IMG/VR virus record: IMGVR_UViG_3300032073_000024 | Coordinates: 327-64,326 of that record | DNA length: 64,000 bases | Strand: one strand, 5' to 3' | Source: a virus | Lineage: Duplodnaviria > Caudoviricetes | In this document: positions 38,651 through 48,544 of the stretch, piece after piece | Layout: the number at the start of each line of letters is the position of its first letter | Numbering within the stretch: position 1 is the first letter of the stretch | The notes under the pieces: generated by a model | The model's input: the letters and a program-made list of their open reading frames with translations, nothing else | Told to the model about the DNA's origin: nothing | Databases searched by the model: none | Translations under genes and position numbers: made by a program

Positions 38651-39376
38651 CTAACTAACTAAAGTATTTTGAAGCTCAGTTTGCCATTCATCTAAAGACT
38701 TATCCCATTCAGACATGTCTTTATCTACTGATCTATGGAATTTATCTTTAATCTTGTCGCTCCATTTAGGAAACTCTGGAATATCTATAGGAGTAGTAGA
38801 CTTACTAGGCTCTATAGGCTCTACCCCACCTGACGTTAAAGTAGATCCTGACTCAGACCCTCCGCTCTCTGGGCCTTCGCCTTTAAAGATCATGTTAATA
38901 TCCCTCCTGAAAACTGGAGTGCCATTATCCAAGTTACCAACCTGACCCGTAACTAAATCAACAACATCTGGAGCTGATTCAATATCCAAATACAATACCC
39001 ACCCGTATTTGATTTCGTCTTCTGGGTAGACAAGGTACGATTCAGGATCGTCTTTATGTTTATTCCACCAAAAGTTTGTTATACCTCCTTTACCGAAAGG
39101 TTGATTCCCAAACTCACCCACCCCGCCATGCGGCCTTCTTAAAGAAAATAATAACTCACAGAAAACCATCCATATTTGAGAGTAGTTAGGAGATCTTGAA
39201 GAAAAGAAAGGTTCGTCTATTGAGTACCTGTCTGTAAATTCCTGAGAACCTAACCCGAATAAATAAGACCATTCTCTTAAATTGTTAGCTTCTTCTGATG
39301 CTGACCCTGCAACAAGATCAAGTTCAGATATAGGGGCTTCCCCCATATACCAAAGCACTTGTCCTTCTGACGGCAT
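38651..39376 (-). CDS. Hypothetical structural protein
   Basis: C-terminus is paralogous to that of 39378-39842. Confidence 0.6.
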   Translation of the reverse strand: MPSEGQVLWYMGEAPISELDLVAGSASEEANNLREWSYLFGLGSQEFTDRYSIDEPFFSSRSPNYSQIWMVFCELLFSLRRPHGGVGEFGNQPFGKGGITNFWWNKHKDDPESYLVYPEDEIKYGWVLYLDIESAPDVVDLVTGQVGNLDNGTPVFRRDINMIFKGEGPESGGSESGSTLTSGGVEPIEPSKSTTPIDIPEFPKWSDKIKDKFHRSVDKDMSEWDKSLDEWQTELQNTLVS

Positions 39377-39377
39377 A

Positions 39378-39842
39378 TTAGCTTAATTGGTTTTGCACAT
39401 ATTGGAGCCATTCCTCAACAGAACTCTCCCATGTTTCCCATTCATTCTTTAACTCAGGGAATTTTGATTTCACGTTTGCTGGTACTTTAGGAAATGGAGG
39501 TAAAGGAACTTTAAGTTTACTTTTATCTGCACTAAGCCTAGCAAATGGGCCGCTCCCTCTGTTTACTCCGCCTCCACCTCCGCTACCAAAAGAAGAAAGT
39601 TTATCTTCAGATATTGTTACATACTGACGGTTATCTCCTACTTTCTCATAAAGCATACTTAAATTAGTATCAAAGAAAAAATCCCTGTCCCCTACTGATA
39701 AAGCAGGATAATCATAAAAAGGGTTTAATATCCACATCAACTCTTTCACCTCGTTAATCTCTAAGGTTCTAGTCTTAGCTTGAGATAAAAGAAGATTAGC
39801 TCTTCTTGTTTCTTCTTCGCTACGCTTTTTTGGTTGTGGCAT
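39378..39842 (-). CDS. Hypothetical structural protein
   Basis: Follows the tail nozzle gene; shares a C-terminal FPK...K.KF...W...EW helix with 38651-39376. Confidence 0.6.
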   Translation of the reverse strand: MPQPKKRSEEETRRANLLLSQAKTRTLEINEVKELMWILNPFYDYPALSVGDRDFFFDTNLSMLYEKVGDNRQYVTISEDKLSSFGSGGGGGVNRGSGPFARLSADKSKLKVPLPPFPKVPANVKSKFPELKNEWETWESSVEEWLQYVQNQLS

Positions 39843-41853
39843 AAAGTCTTATTGCAGTGGCATCAAAAGCACCAGCCGTTCCGCTTACAGATATTTCATA
39901 GTACAAGTTTCTTCCTTGCTCATACACTGGCCAAGAAAGTTCCTCTGAAGCTCTTGTGTTGTTTTCAGTATGTGCATTTCTGTTGAAGTTGGTAAGACAT
40001 TTAACATCCTTGGTTCCTGCCTTACTCCAAACTAATCCACACCCAACTTTATTAGGGTCAACTGATTGAGCAGAGTTACCTACTCTTAAACTTATCTGAC
40101 CGCCGACTTGATCATGATCAAACTCCAGAGTAACAACCCTAAGAAGCTTATTCCTAGTGGGATCGTTAAGCCTTAATGCTGGACTAGTTAGTATTGAGTT
40201 AAAGTCTTCATCTGTATATGTAGCGCAGGCAGTGTAGGGATGGGAACTAGTACACCTTTCTCTTTTAAAGTGATTGCCATCCTCCTTTAAGCAATTGTCC
40301 TTAGACCATGCCATTACAAACCTAATATCTTCAGGGCAAGCTTCGTCACATAAATCTGCAAACGTGCCTGTCCCAAGCTTAGTATACAAAGTGTCAGCAG
40401 TAGCGGTTGCAGTCCAATCTTCAGTAGCAAGGTTATCATCTGGGAACGCTGAATCAGAATATGTTTTAGTGGAAGTCGTAAGAAGATTATTAATGTTAGG
40501 AGCGCATCTGGTTGTGGAAAAATTTTCAGAACCAGAACAAACTGAAGACCCTTCAGCAGAGTCCCTATACTGATGTATACCGTGAGTCGCCCCTCCTTCA
40601 GCACACACACAATTTGCAATAGCCCATTCAGCTATGCTTGTATAAGTCTGGTTTGTGAAATTAGTAAAAGCAGTAAAGCCTGCGTCCATGTAAGAAACAT
40701 GTTTATACTTAGTGTTAATGATTAAAGTCTTATCATTCTTTGTGGCCCCTTTACTTGGCCAACTAATCCATATCTCATCTGTCTTTGCATTAAAAGCAGC
40801 TATAGGCAGTTCACATTTAGATGAATTAATATCATTGAAAATTACACTGGAAGCAAGATGTAACCAGCTCTCTCTAGCTGGCATTCCTTTGTATATACTG
40901 TAATAGTATATGCCATCCCGCCCTAAGTAAAAGTGTTCATTCCCTGCTGCAATTATTGTATTAGGGTAATTAGGAATTAAACTTCCACTATCATCATCTG
41001 AATACCTCTTCCTGAAAGTAAGAACATCAGTCCCGGTTCCTCCAGCAATTTCAAATTGCCATATACCTTTAGTAGTGTAAACAAGGAGAACATTAGCTAA
41101 TGGTTCCATTCCTATAATATCTTCCCCTTGACCAAGGTCTTGGTATCCAGCTAATGAGTCGCTTATATTAGGGGTAATATCAAAAGGTTTCTTAAAGTCA
41201 CTCCATATTAATCTATCAGGAACCCATTCGTTACCTTCATTAACATTAGCGTAAAACATAAGCCCCCTCCATTCCGTGATATGCTTAACTCTGTTAAGCC
41301 CTATACCTTTAAAGCTTTCTATTTCTTTAAGAGAGTTAACCTTATCAACAAGATTACCTGAGTTATTCCTTTCAGATTCTTTAGGTTGGTCTAATTTATA
41401 ATAAACAGGCTTGGCGTTCTCGTTAACAAGAATAACAAACTCTCCTAGCTGTGCTGCTTTCCAAGCTCCAGTTGTTGCAAGCCCTTCACCAATAAGCTTC
41501 CAATTGTTTGTTTTAGTATTAAGCCCGTAAAGCCTGCTCTTAGTTCCAGCAAGCAGCTTAGTTACTCCGTTAGATATCTCTGCTTCAAATAAAAAGTTTA
41601 TATCTTCTACTGCCGCTCCTGATGAAGTGTTCTCTAGTTGATTGTGTAAATCAGTGTTATTATAAGTAGTCCCTTCCTTGTAAAGAAGACGACGAAATCC
41701 GTTTGCTCTGCTTAAAGCCCCAGACGAATTAACCCTGAAGTTCTGAACCCATCTATGTCCTCCTGCTAGTACAGCATCTGGAGATGATGACGGGTCTAGT
41801 GGCCCAGTAAGTGGGCGAAGCTCATATAGTTTTGCATCTGGTGGAGTTCTCAT
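39820..41853 (-). CDS. Tail tubular/nozzle protein (P22 gp10 / T7 gp12-like)
   Basis: 677-aa beta-propeller-like composition (LIWSD, GEDIIG, GIW, DGIY, EIWISWP) and podovirus position. Confidence 0.65.
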   Translation of the reverse strand: MRTPPDAKLYELRPLTGPLDPSSSPDAVLAGGHRWVQNFRVNSSGALSRANGFRRLLYKEGTTYNNTDLHNQLENTSSGAAVEDINFLFEAEISNGVTKLLAGTKSRLYGLNTKTNNWKLIGEGLATTGAWKAAQLGEFVILVNENAKPVYYKLDQPKESERNNSGNLVDKVNSLKEIESFKGIGLNRVKHITEWRGLMFYANVNEGNEWVPDRLIWSDFKKPFDITPNISDSLAGYQDLGQGEDIIGMEPLANVLLVYTTKGIWQFEIAGGTGTDVLTFRKRYSDDDSGSLIPNYPNTIIAAGNEHFYLGRDGIYYYSIYKGMPARESWLHLASSVIFNDINSSKCELPIAAFNAKTDEIWISWPSKGATKNDKTLIINTKYKHVSYMDAGFTAFTNFTNQTYTSIAEWAIANCVCAEGGATHGIHQYRDSAEGSSVCSGSENFSTTRCAPNINNLLTTSTKTYSDSAFPDDNLATEDWTATATADTLYTKLGTGTFADLCDEACPEDIRFVMAWSKDNCLKEDGNHFKRERCTSSHPYTACATYTDEDFNSILTSPALRLNDPTRNKLLRVVTLEFDHDQVGGQISLRVGNSAQSVDPNKVGCGLVWSKAGTKDVKCLTNFNRNAHTENNTRASEELSWPVYEQGRNLYYEISVSGTAGAFDATAIRLYATTKKA

Positions 41854-43880
41854 GCTACATCATAATCTTGAGTTGCGTAAGTAATGAAAGCGCAGCCTCC
41901 TAAAGCTTTACCTCCTCTTGCGTATATTCCCCATTTATCATCAGCTTCACCATATGAGGCGTAACCTCCACTACCGGGAGCATTAAAATCAAAAGCATTA
42001 GCAATACTATCCCAATTTCCTGCCCAAGCGGCTCTTGCTTGAGTTGGGCCTTTTGGCTCTAAACTATCCCAAGCATTTCCTCCTACTCCCGGCGTACCAG
42101 CACCCATGCCGCTACTAGAACCAACCCCATCTGTTCCATCTGCACCGCCATAAAATAATACTCCTCCAACATTGCCACCAAAAGATTGAGAATGAAGCAC
42201 AGCTACTCCACTTGCATTTGAGGTTCCATATCTACTTAAAGAATAGCCAGTAGCAGCGGTAGCACTGAATGTGTTATTAGATGATTTCCAGTATAATTGC
42301 TTAGACCCTTCACCTTTATTGCTTTTGGTTCCTGATGCTGAAGCTCCATCAGCATAGCCTCCTCCTTCTCCATTAGAAACCCAAGCAATTGGATGCCACC
42401 CATCATTGTTAGGCCCACCACTTGTGCCTTTCCTGACCTCTAATTGAGTTCTGTAAGGGCCAGTATTGGTAGTAATCCCATCTTGATTCCCCGGTCTTGG
42501 TTCGCCAGCAGTAGGTGGAGTAGTAGCGTCTTCTCTTCCTGACCCTCCGCTGATATAAGTAAATAGACTGCCTTGGTAAGAAGGCCAATAATTAGAATCA
42601 GGAAGATTTCGGAGTCCTGTTGTCGGGCCGTTGTCTAAATTATTTACATCAAGTGTTCTAACTCTAACCGAGGTAACATCCGTTAACTCAAACACAGCTT
42701 GTAGTATTCCTCCTGCGCCACCTCCACCACCACAAACTCTTGTTTGTTGTTCGTCTGAAACTGAGTGAATAAGACCAAAAGTTTTAGTACTAGTATTAGG
42801 TATATTAGTGGTAGTACTAGCGGTTGGAGCATCCATCCCACTTAAAGGCTCGCAAATAAATTTGTTATTCTGAGTAAGAACTTCTTTGACGAGATATTTT
42901 TTCGCTGGAGAATCCCAACCAGAAGTATTCTGACCTTCCAATATTAACTCTTCTCCTTGCTGGAAGTTATGGTTCTGACCGCCTGCATTACTTAATGTAA
43001 ACAAAATAGGCTGACCGTCTGTATATGCTGTCTCTGAACCACTTGAATTAACGCTTCCTATATTTGTAATATGAAACTTATTCCAAGTTGGAAGTGTATA
43101 GTCTCCGCCGCCTCCGCCGCCGCCGCCACCACCACGAAGCACAACACGCATCCTAGTTTTATTTGTCATTCCACTAGGTGATTCTTCTTGGCCTGAGTAT
43201 AAAAGTTTTGATGAGCCTATAGGGGCGTAGTTAGTAACACTTCTACTGAACCCTATCACTGGCCCAGCGTAATCGCTCTTTGACCCATCAGCGTTCTTAG
43301 CTACAACCCAATAATAATAAGCTTGCTGACCATTAACTGCATTAGAATTTGGGTCATCTTTTCTTGTAGTTGGATTATATAATGGGCCTCCATTCACATC
43401 TACGTATAGTATTGTTCCGTCTCTGCGTAAGCAAAGTTTAGATCGGGGAGCATTCATGTTACCAAAATTAGCCATCAAAGATTTACGGATTCTTTTAGTT
43501 GTGGTTGCGGTTATACTATTAGTTGTTCCGCGATAAATGTCATATCTAGTTGCGCCATTAACCTTACTAAACACAATTGGTATTCCTCCATTATGCCTAA
43601 CAGCGGCTCCGGCTTTTATGAAAGGAGTTTCAAGGTTGCCGCCGGGGTTGGAATCAGTGATTGGGGTTTCTTCCCCTGACTCTACATCGTCACATTGTAT
43701 AGCGCAGAAATCTGTTTTAAATTCTTCTGAAAAAGTTCCGTCTTCGTTGTATATATAACTGAACCAGTCGTACACACGACGAGGAAAATCCACTATTACT
43801 TTCTTTAGTCTCGCGCAAGCACTACTGTCTGTTGCTGGTAAAGTAGCTTTAATGTCGCTTGGTTTAATTGGTGATGCCAT
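41850..43880 (-). CDS. Gly-rich tail fibre/spike protein with FN3-like domain
   Basis: YDIYRG...YYYWVVA FN3-like motif and GGGGGGG glycine-rich domain motifs. Confidence 0.65.
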   Translation of the reverse strand: MASPIKPSDIKATLPATDSSACARLKKVIVDFPRRVYDWFSYIYNEDGTFSEEFKTDFCAIQCDDVESGEETPITDSNPGGNLETPFIKAGAAVRHNGGIPIVFSKVNGATRYDIYRGTTNSITATTTKRIRKSLMANFGNMNAPRSKLCLRRDGTILYVDVNGGPLYNPTTRKDDPNSNAVNGQQAYYYWVVAKNADGSKSDYAGPVIGFSRSVTNYAPIGSSKLLYSGQEESPSGMTNKTRMRVVLRGGGGGGGGGGDYTLPTWNKFHITNIGSVNSSGSETAYTDGQPILFTLSNAGGQNHNFQQGEELILEGQNTSGWDSPAKKYLVKEVLTQNNKFICEPLSGMDAPTASTTTNIPNTSTKTFGLIHSVSDEQQTRVCGGGGGAGGILQAVFELTDVTSVRVRTLDVNNLDNGPTTGLRNLPDSNYWPSYQGSLFTYISGGSGREDATTPPTAGEPRPGNQDGITTNTGPYRTQLEVRKGTSGGPNNDGWHPIAWVSNGEGGGYADGASASGTKSNKGEGSKQLYWKSSNNTFSATAATGYSLSRYGTSNASGVAVLHSQSFGGNVGGVLFYGGADGTDGVGSSSGMGAGTPGVGGNAWDSLEPKGPTQARAAWAGNWDSIANAFDFNAPGSGGYASYGEADDKWGIYARGGKALGGCAFITYATQDYDVA

Positions 43881-43881
43881 T

Positions 43882-45090
43882 TTATTGTCCTAAATTAAAA
43901 TTTTTAAAAGTTATATCTAAATCATTAACAGTGGAGTGAGGGTAAATTTGACCTATTGTATGTGTACTCCCATCCCATGTAAAAGCAGGAGCTAAATGTT
44001 CAGCCCTTGTTCCTGCATTCGGAGGAACAAAACATGATTCCTCATTCTGCCACCTTTCATCATATACTAAATAGTCAACTGGAATTCCATTTTCAACTCC
44101 TACCGGAGCTGGCTTATCACTAGCTATATAAACATTGTTGTACCCTAAAACAACCATTCGTATTCCATAAACCTTAAACAAGTAAGGTTTATCTCCTTTA
44201 GATCTCCAGCGCATTTGCGGTTGGCCTTCTCTGAATTCTTGAGGAACTGTATCATCAATATGTATTTTAAAGCTCTTGTAGGCTGAACCTTCTACTGAAG
44301 TAGTATCACTTTCCCATTGGGGAATAAAAAGACTAACACAAAAATTACCACCGTTCCCTATGTTAAAAGGAATTTTAGCATTTCCGCTTCCACCGCTATT
44401 AGGATTTTTTTGGAAGTATCCAGCAACAGTTCCTTCTGGGCTTATCCCTCCGCTGCCGAAATCTAAATCAGAACAATGTCCATATATAATAACTTCAACT
44501 CTAGGCCATATACCAACTTGCTCAGTATATATTTGTTCTTGGCCAGACGGCAGGCCAAAGCCATCAGATGGCGAGCCTTTCGTTCCACCAGAGTTTGTTC
44601 GGAAATTGTATATAGCCGCAGCAGCACTCCAGTTATCATTTGATGACAAGTCTATACCACCATTGATTCCAATAAACTTATTATTATTTAAGTCACATCC
44701 TAAATCAACCTTGGTTGCTTGGTAGAACTTAAAATCTTCATAGCCTTCTATTTTTTTGCAACAATCACTAGCGTCTGGCGTAGAAGGGTTTGGATCAGCT
44801 TTAGGAATTACTGGGCCGGGCAGAGTCTCTTCTTCAGACTCATTATCTTCCTGATCTTCTTCTTCATTGTTTTCACTATCAGGCTTAACTATATTCTTTT
44901 CTAAACATCCAGAAGCGCACATTTCTGTTTTAATGTTACGGCCAAACGTCCCGTCTGCTTTAAACTCAGACCTAAACCATCTCCAAAAAAGAATAGCAAA
45001 TTGCACATACTTAACTAAGCCTTGCGCTAACGTGTCTGTCTCTTCTGGCAGATACCTCTCAAAATCTTTTGGTCTTATATTACTAGGCAT
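43882..45090 (-). CDS. Tail-associated protein
   Basis: N-terminal ~65 aa are paralogous to those of 41850-43880. Confidence 0.6.
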   Translation of the reverse strand: MPSNIRPKDFERYLPEETDTLAQGLVKYVQFAILFWRWFRSEFKADGTFGRNIKTEMCASGCLEKNIVKPDSENNEEEDQEDNESEEETLPGPVIPKADPNPSTPDASDCCKKIEGYEDFKFYQATKVDLGCDLNNNKFIGINGGIDLSSNDNWSAAAAIYNFRTNSGGTKGSPSDGFGLPSGQEQIYTEQVGIWPRVEVIIYGHCSDLDFGSGGISPEGTVAGYFQKNPNSGGSGNAKIPFNIGNGGNFCVSLFIPQWESDTTSVEGSAYKSFKIHIDDTVPQEFREGQPQMRWRSKGDKPYLFKVYGIRMVVLGYNNVYIASDKPAPVGVENGIPVDYLVYDERWQNEESCFVPPNAGTRAEHLAPAFTWDGSTHTIGQIYPHSTVNDLDITFKNFNLGQ

Positions 45091-45092
45091 TG

Positions 45093-46055
45093 TTATACTG
45101 TCACAGGATAAGGTTCTCCTAGCCCTAGCATTCTAGATTTAGGTAGGAATGTATCACATATAAAACCCATAAGAATCTTATGAGTTTCTTTTGTTGATCT
45201 ATTAAGGCATTCATAAAAAGCCCTAACTAAATTATAAGATATATATTGTTGAGCTTCCTTTGGCTTTAAGTGGGCGTGAAAGCTAACCATCTTTTTTCTA
45301 TTTAAATAAATATCATCTCCAGCAGATATTCCAAGTTCAGTTAGGAGTTGATCTTTATTGCTGTCCACATTAGAGAAAGATGATTTCCATAATCCATAGT
45401 TATGAGCTTCACTGAATAAAGAGGTGTCATATTTTTTATACACCCTGCCTAAACATTCCTGCTCTAAAAAATTGGAGTCGTTCCTAAATGCATTTGCCCA
45501 GAACTCAGGGAACTCTGGATCACTGGAGTAAACATATCCTGCATTATAAATACCATATGCTTGGCAGGCTTCTTCAGTGATTTCATGTGGACTTAAAGAA
45601 ACTGGATGCTTGAAATTACAAGTAACTGGATTAACCATGATGATATCAGCATCTAAAAACAAAGTGTTACCACTTCCTTTTATTGCTTTGGACATGATGT
45701 CCATCTTTAAACTTCCTTCAGCAGGGTTCCATAAGTCCCCCCAACTTGCACAGTCAGGCCATATGTCTCCCAAGTTTTCTGGAAACTCTTTACGTCTTTC
45801 ATTGAGAAGTCCGTCTGGAATTTTAGTTACATCTACATTAGATGGAATATCTTCACCTAAACATTCTTCCCCTAGATCATCAGTTAATAAGTAAATTTTT
45901 TTATCAGAATGAATGCGTATACTATTCATAAGTAACGCAGCTTCATACCCATGAATGCCAGTAGCTACTGTGCAGTAAGACTCAAGATTAGATGGGCCTT
46001 CATCAGATTGTCTAGGAAGGCTTTTAAAATGATCCGCTTGAGTATTAAGTTCCAT
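45093..46055 (-). CDS. GT-A fold glycosyltransferase-like protein
   Basis: TLFLDADI (DxD), LSPH, YNAGYV, EQ, FHAH. Confidence 0.7.
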   Translation of the reverse strand: MELNTQADHFKSLPRQSDEGPSNLESYCTVATGIHGYEAALLMNSIRIHSDKKIYLLTDDLGEECLGEDIPSNVDVTKIPDGLLNERRKEFPENLGDIWPDCASWGDLWNPAEGSLKMDIMSKAIKGSGNTLFLDADIIMVNPVTCNFKHPVSLSPHEITEEACQAYGIYNAGYVYSSDPEFPEFWANAFRNDSNFLEQECLGRVYKKYDTSLFSEAHNYGLWKSSFSNVDSNKDQLLTELGISAGDDIYLNRKKMVSFHAHLKPKEAQQYISYNLVRAFYECLNRSTKETHKILMGFICDTFLPKSRMLGLGEPYPVTV

Positions 46056-48544
46056 TAGGTGGGAGTTATCTCTGATTCAAAGTTATCTGTAAAGACGGTT
46101 TCAGTTGTTGTCCAAGTGTCTCCTGAGCTTGTTCCTTTTTGTAAAGTAACTTCGGCAATCACAACACCATATGGTAAAGGAGCTAAAAACTCATCTGCCC
46201 CGCTTGTTAAATATCTTGAATCTTCATTCCTGTCACCAGCTACAACAATCCCTTCGTCTGCTATGAACCCGCTGAAGTCAGATATTTTTAGTGGGTCTTC
46301 TGATGTCCCTTTGATATTAACACATCCTTTATCCTTAAATATTCTCTCCCTTTCCGTCTTAGGGATTTCGTAACCAGAAAAGGTTGGGTCTTTTAAAACT
46401 TTTTGGAAAGAGTAAGGGTATTGTTCTATTCTGATCTTGCCTTCTTCTCCAGTTACTTTAGATGGTAATGGAATAACTAAATCATAAATTCCTTTTTCTG
46501 GGTCAATTTCCTGCGTGAATTCATATAGCACACCGTCAATCCTTCTGGTTACAAGTATTGGTATGTTGTTAATAATTCCCCCATCAACAATCCCATCTGC
46601 ATCAGGATATGTAGCCCTTACATCATTTTCTAATTCTCCCACCTGAGTCCCACCAATACTCACCCTAATAGAACTTCCTAGTTTAACCCCATTTCTTCCA
46701 TGCTGATTTGTAAAAGCTGCTTTATTCTTAATCTTGTTACCTCCAACTTTTAGAACTAACCTATACTTTTCCCCTGCGTTAAATTTAAATTCAGTTTGAG
46801 TTTCTATGCCTCCAAAGTTGTGGTCTATAGGTGCTGTAATTACTTGGCACTTCTTATTTTCGTAATCGTCATGATAGTAACTTTTTAGCTCCCACTGATC
46901 TCCGTCTTGTGTTTGGTTTTCTTCTGAAAGTAATGAGTACCCAGTGTTACCTATTAAACTTACATACATTCCTGCATTAGGATGCGTTGTGTTGAATAAA
47001 TCTTTACCCATAAGATCAACACTGTTCTTACATACATTCCAGTTTGTTAAAGTTGTACTGATGCCAAATTGGTCACGTAATTGAGGCGTGTCTCCTTTAC
47101 CTAACCCAGTCGTTGGGATGTAAAAACAAGCCCTGTTATTTCCTGTGCTGCCCCCAGTATTGTCTTTACATATTGTTTGAAGAATACCACTAAACAAACC
47201 CTTCAAAGCATCGTGATTTGTTGGGAAGAAAGTTAATGAAGTCGCACTAGAAGTATCGTTTTGATAACAATTTGCAATTAGTTTTAAATAGTTTTCTACT
47301 GTGACAGTAGCCCCGCTAGGGGAACCTCCAGAACAACGCTTAATAGATTTTGTTGAGTCTAACATAAACCCAACCACAGCAATCATTGCATCATGCCCTA
47401 AAGTTTTAAGGCCAGACCCTGCCATTTTATCTCCTCTTATTTCCGCAGCAATACTGATAGGATCAGGAGCGCAAACATTTTCGTAACCGTCAGTAAGTAG
47501 GATAATAAGCTTTCTTGGCCAAGCAGAATTTCCAGAAAGAGCTACACCAGTTGGATTTTCAAGATGGGCAGCTTTATTTGTAGCTGTTGTTCTTGCTCCT
47601 TCTGATTGGATTATATCATAACGTTCGTTTGACCCTTTAAGTAAATCGTAAGCCATCTCCAAACCACCACCTATACTTGTCCAACATCCTCCACCTTCAG
47701 GGCCAGTTCCTCCATCACAATCTTTTGAAACAACAAAGCCGGGGTCATCAACTAAAGATAAAGCGGCAGTTTTAGTGTCAACAAAATCACTAACAAGAGT
47801 GACTCTGCTTTCAGGTTCGCCATCTCCTCCATCTCCTGCATAGCTTACAAAAGCCATCCGGTCTATTTCTTTACCTACAGTAGAATTAACAGAGCTGCCT
47901 CCAGATGTGACTATCTTGTCGTCTTCACTATCCCAAAGCTTTGAGTTTTTAATAAGTTGCCTGCAAGCTTCACGGGCTGCTGACATTCTAGTTTCATTTC
48001 CTGAGAAAGCTGAATCTATTTTCAGCATTGAAGCACTCCTATCTAAAACAACAACAATGTCAATTGCACTACCTTGACAGTTTTGCTTAATTGATACAGT
48101 AGAGTTTGCACTTAGCTGGTGTGTATATTTTTTAGTTTCACCATTAATAATAATTGAAGGAGTATAAGTGGCAGTGACTTTTACTTGCGTATCAAGATCA
48201 GTCTCTCCTGCTTTAAACTCTCCATTCCCTTTGCTTTCTAAAATAACAGACTTAGCTGAAGACCAAGCTGCATCTTCTGTTACTTTAATGGCTTTAATGG
48301 TTCCATCTGTGTATTTTAATTTCAGATAGGCATTAAAATTAGCGGTTCCTGATGAACCAATATTTACTCCATTTGGGTCTCTAACTTCAAGCCCATCAAT
48401 AACTGGAGCATTCGTGCAAAAGTTTTCACCCATGATGGCTGCATACAATGGATCAGATAAGCAACGTGCATCTTCGGTGTCTTCAATAACCACCGGAACT
48501 TTTTCCCCAATGCAGGGAACTTTATTTATATTATCAAACTTCAT
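46055..48544 (-). CDS. Structural protein with Ig-like and vWA domains
   Basis: N-terminal Ig-like region (WSS...VTATY); MIDAS VLDRSASM, TSIGGGL, LLTDG. Confidence 0.75.
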   Translation of the reverse strand: MKFDNINKVPCIGEKVPVVIEDTEDARCLSDPLYAAIMGENFCTNAPVIDGLEVRDPNGVNIGSSGTANFNAYLKLKYTDGTIKAIKVTEDAAWSSAKSVILESKGNGEFKAGETDLDTQVKVTATYTPSIIINGETKKYTHQLSANSTVSIKQNCQGSAIDIVVVLDRSASMLKIDSAFSGNETRMSAAREACRQLIKNSKLWDSEDDKIVTSGGSSVNSTVGKEIDRMAFVSYAGDGGDGEPESRVTLVSDFVDTKTAALSLVDDPGFVVSKDCDGGTGPEGGGCWTSIGGGLEMAYDLLKGSNERYDIIQSEGARTTATNKAAHLENPTGVALSGNSAWPRKLIILLTDGYENVCAPDPISIAAEIRGDKMAGSGLKTLGHDAMIAVVGFMLDSTKSIKRCSGGSPSGATVTVENYLKLIANCYQNDTSSATSLTFFPTNHDALKGLFSGILQTICKDNTGGSTGNNRACFYIPTTGLGKGDTPQLRDQFGISTTLTNWNVCKNSVDLMGKDLFNTTHPNAGMYVSLIGNTGYSLLSEENQTQDGDQWELKSYYHDDYENKKCQVITAPIDHNFGGIETQTEFKFNAGEKYRLVLKVGGNKIKNKAAFTNQHGRNGVKLGSSIRVSIGGTQVGELENDVRATYPDADGIVDGGIINNIPILVTRRIDGVLYEFTQEIDPEKGIYDLVIPLPSKVTGEEGKIRIEQYPYSFQKVLKDPTFSGYEIPKTERERIFKDKGCVNIKGTSEDPLKISDFSGFIADEGIVVAGDRNEDSRYLTSGADEFLAPLPYGVVIAEVTLQKGTSSGDTWTTTETVFTDNFESEITPT

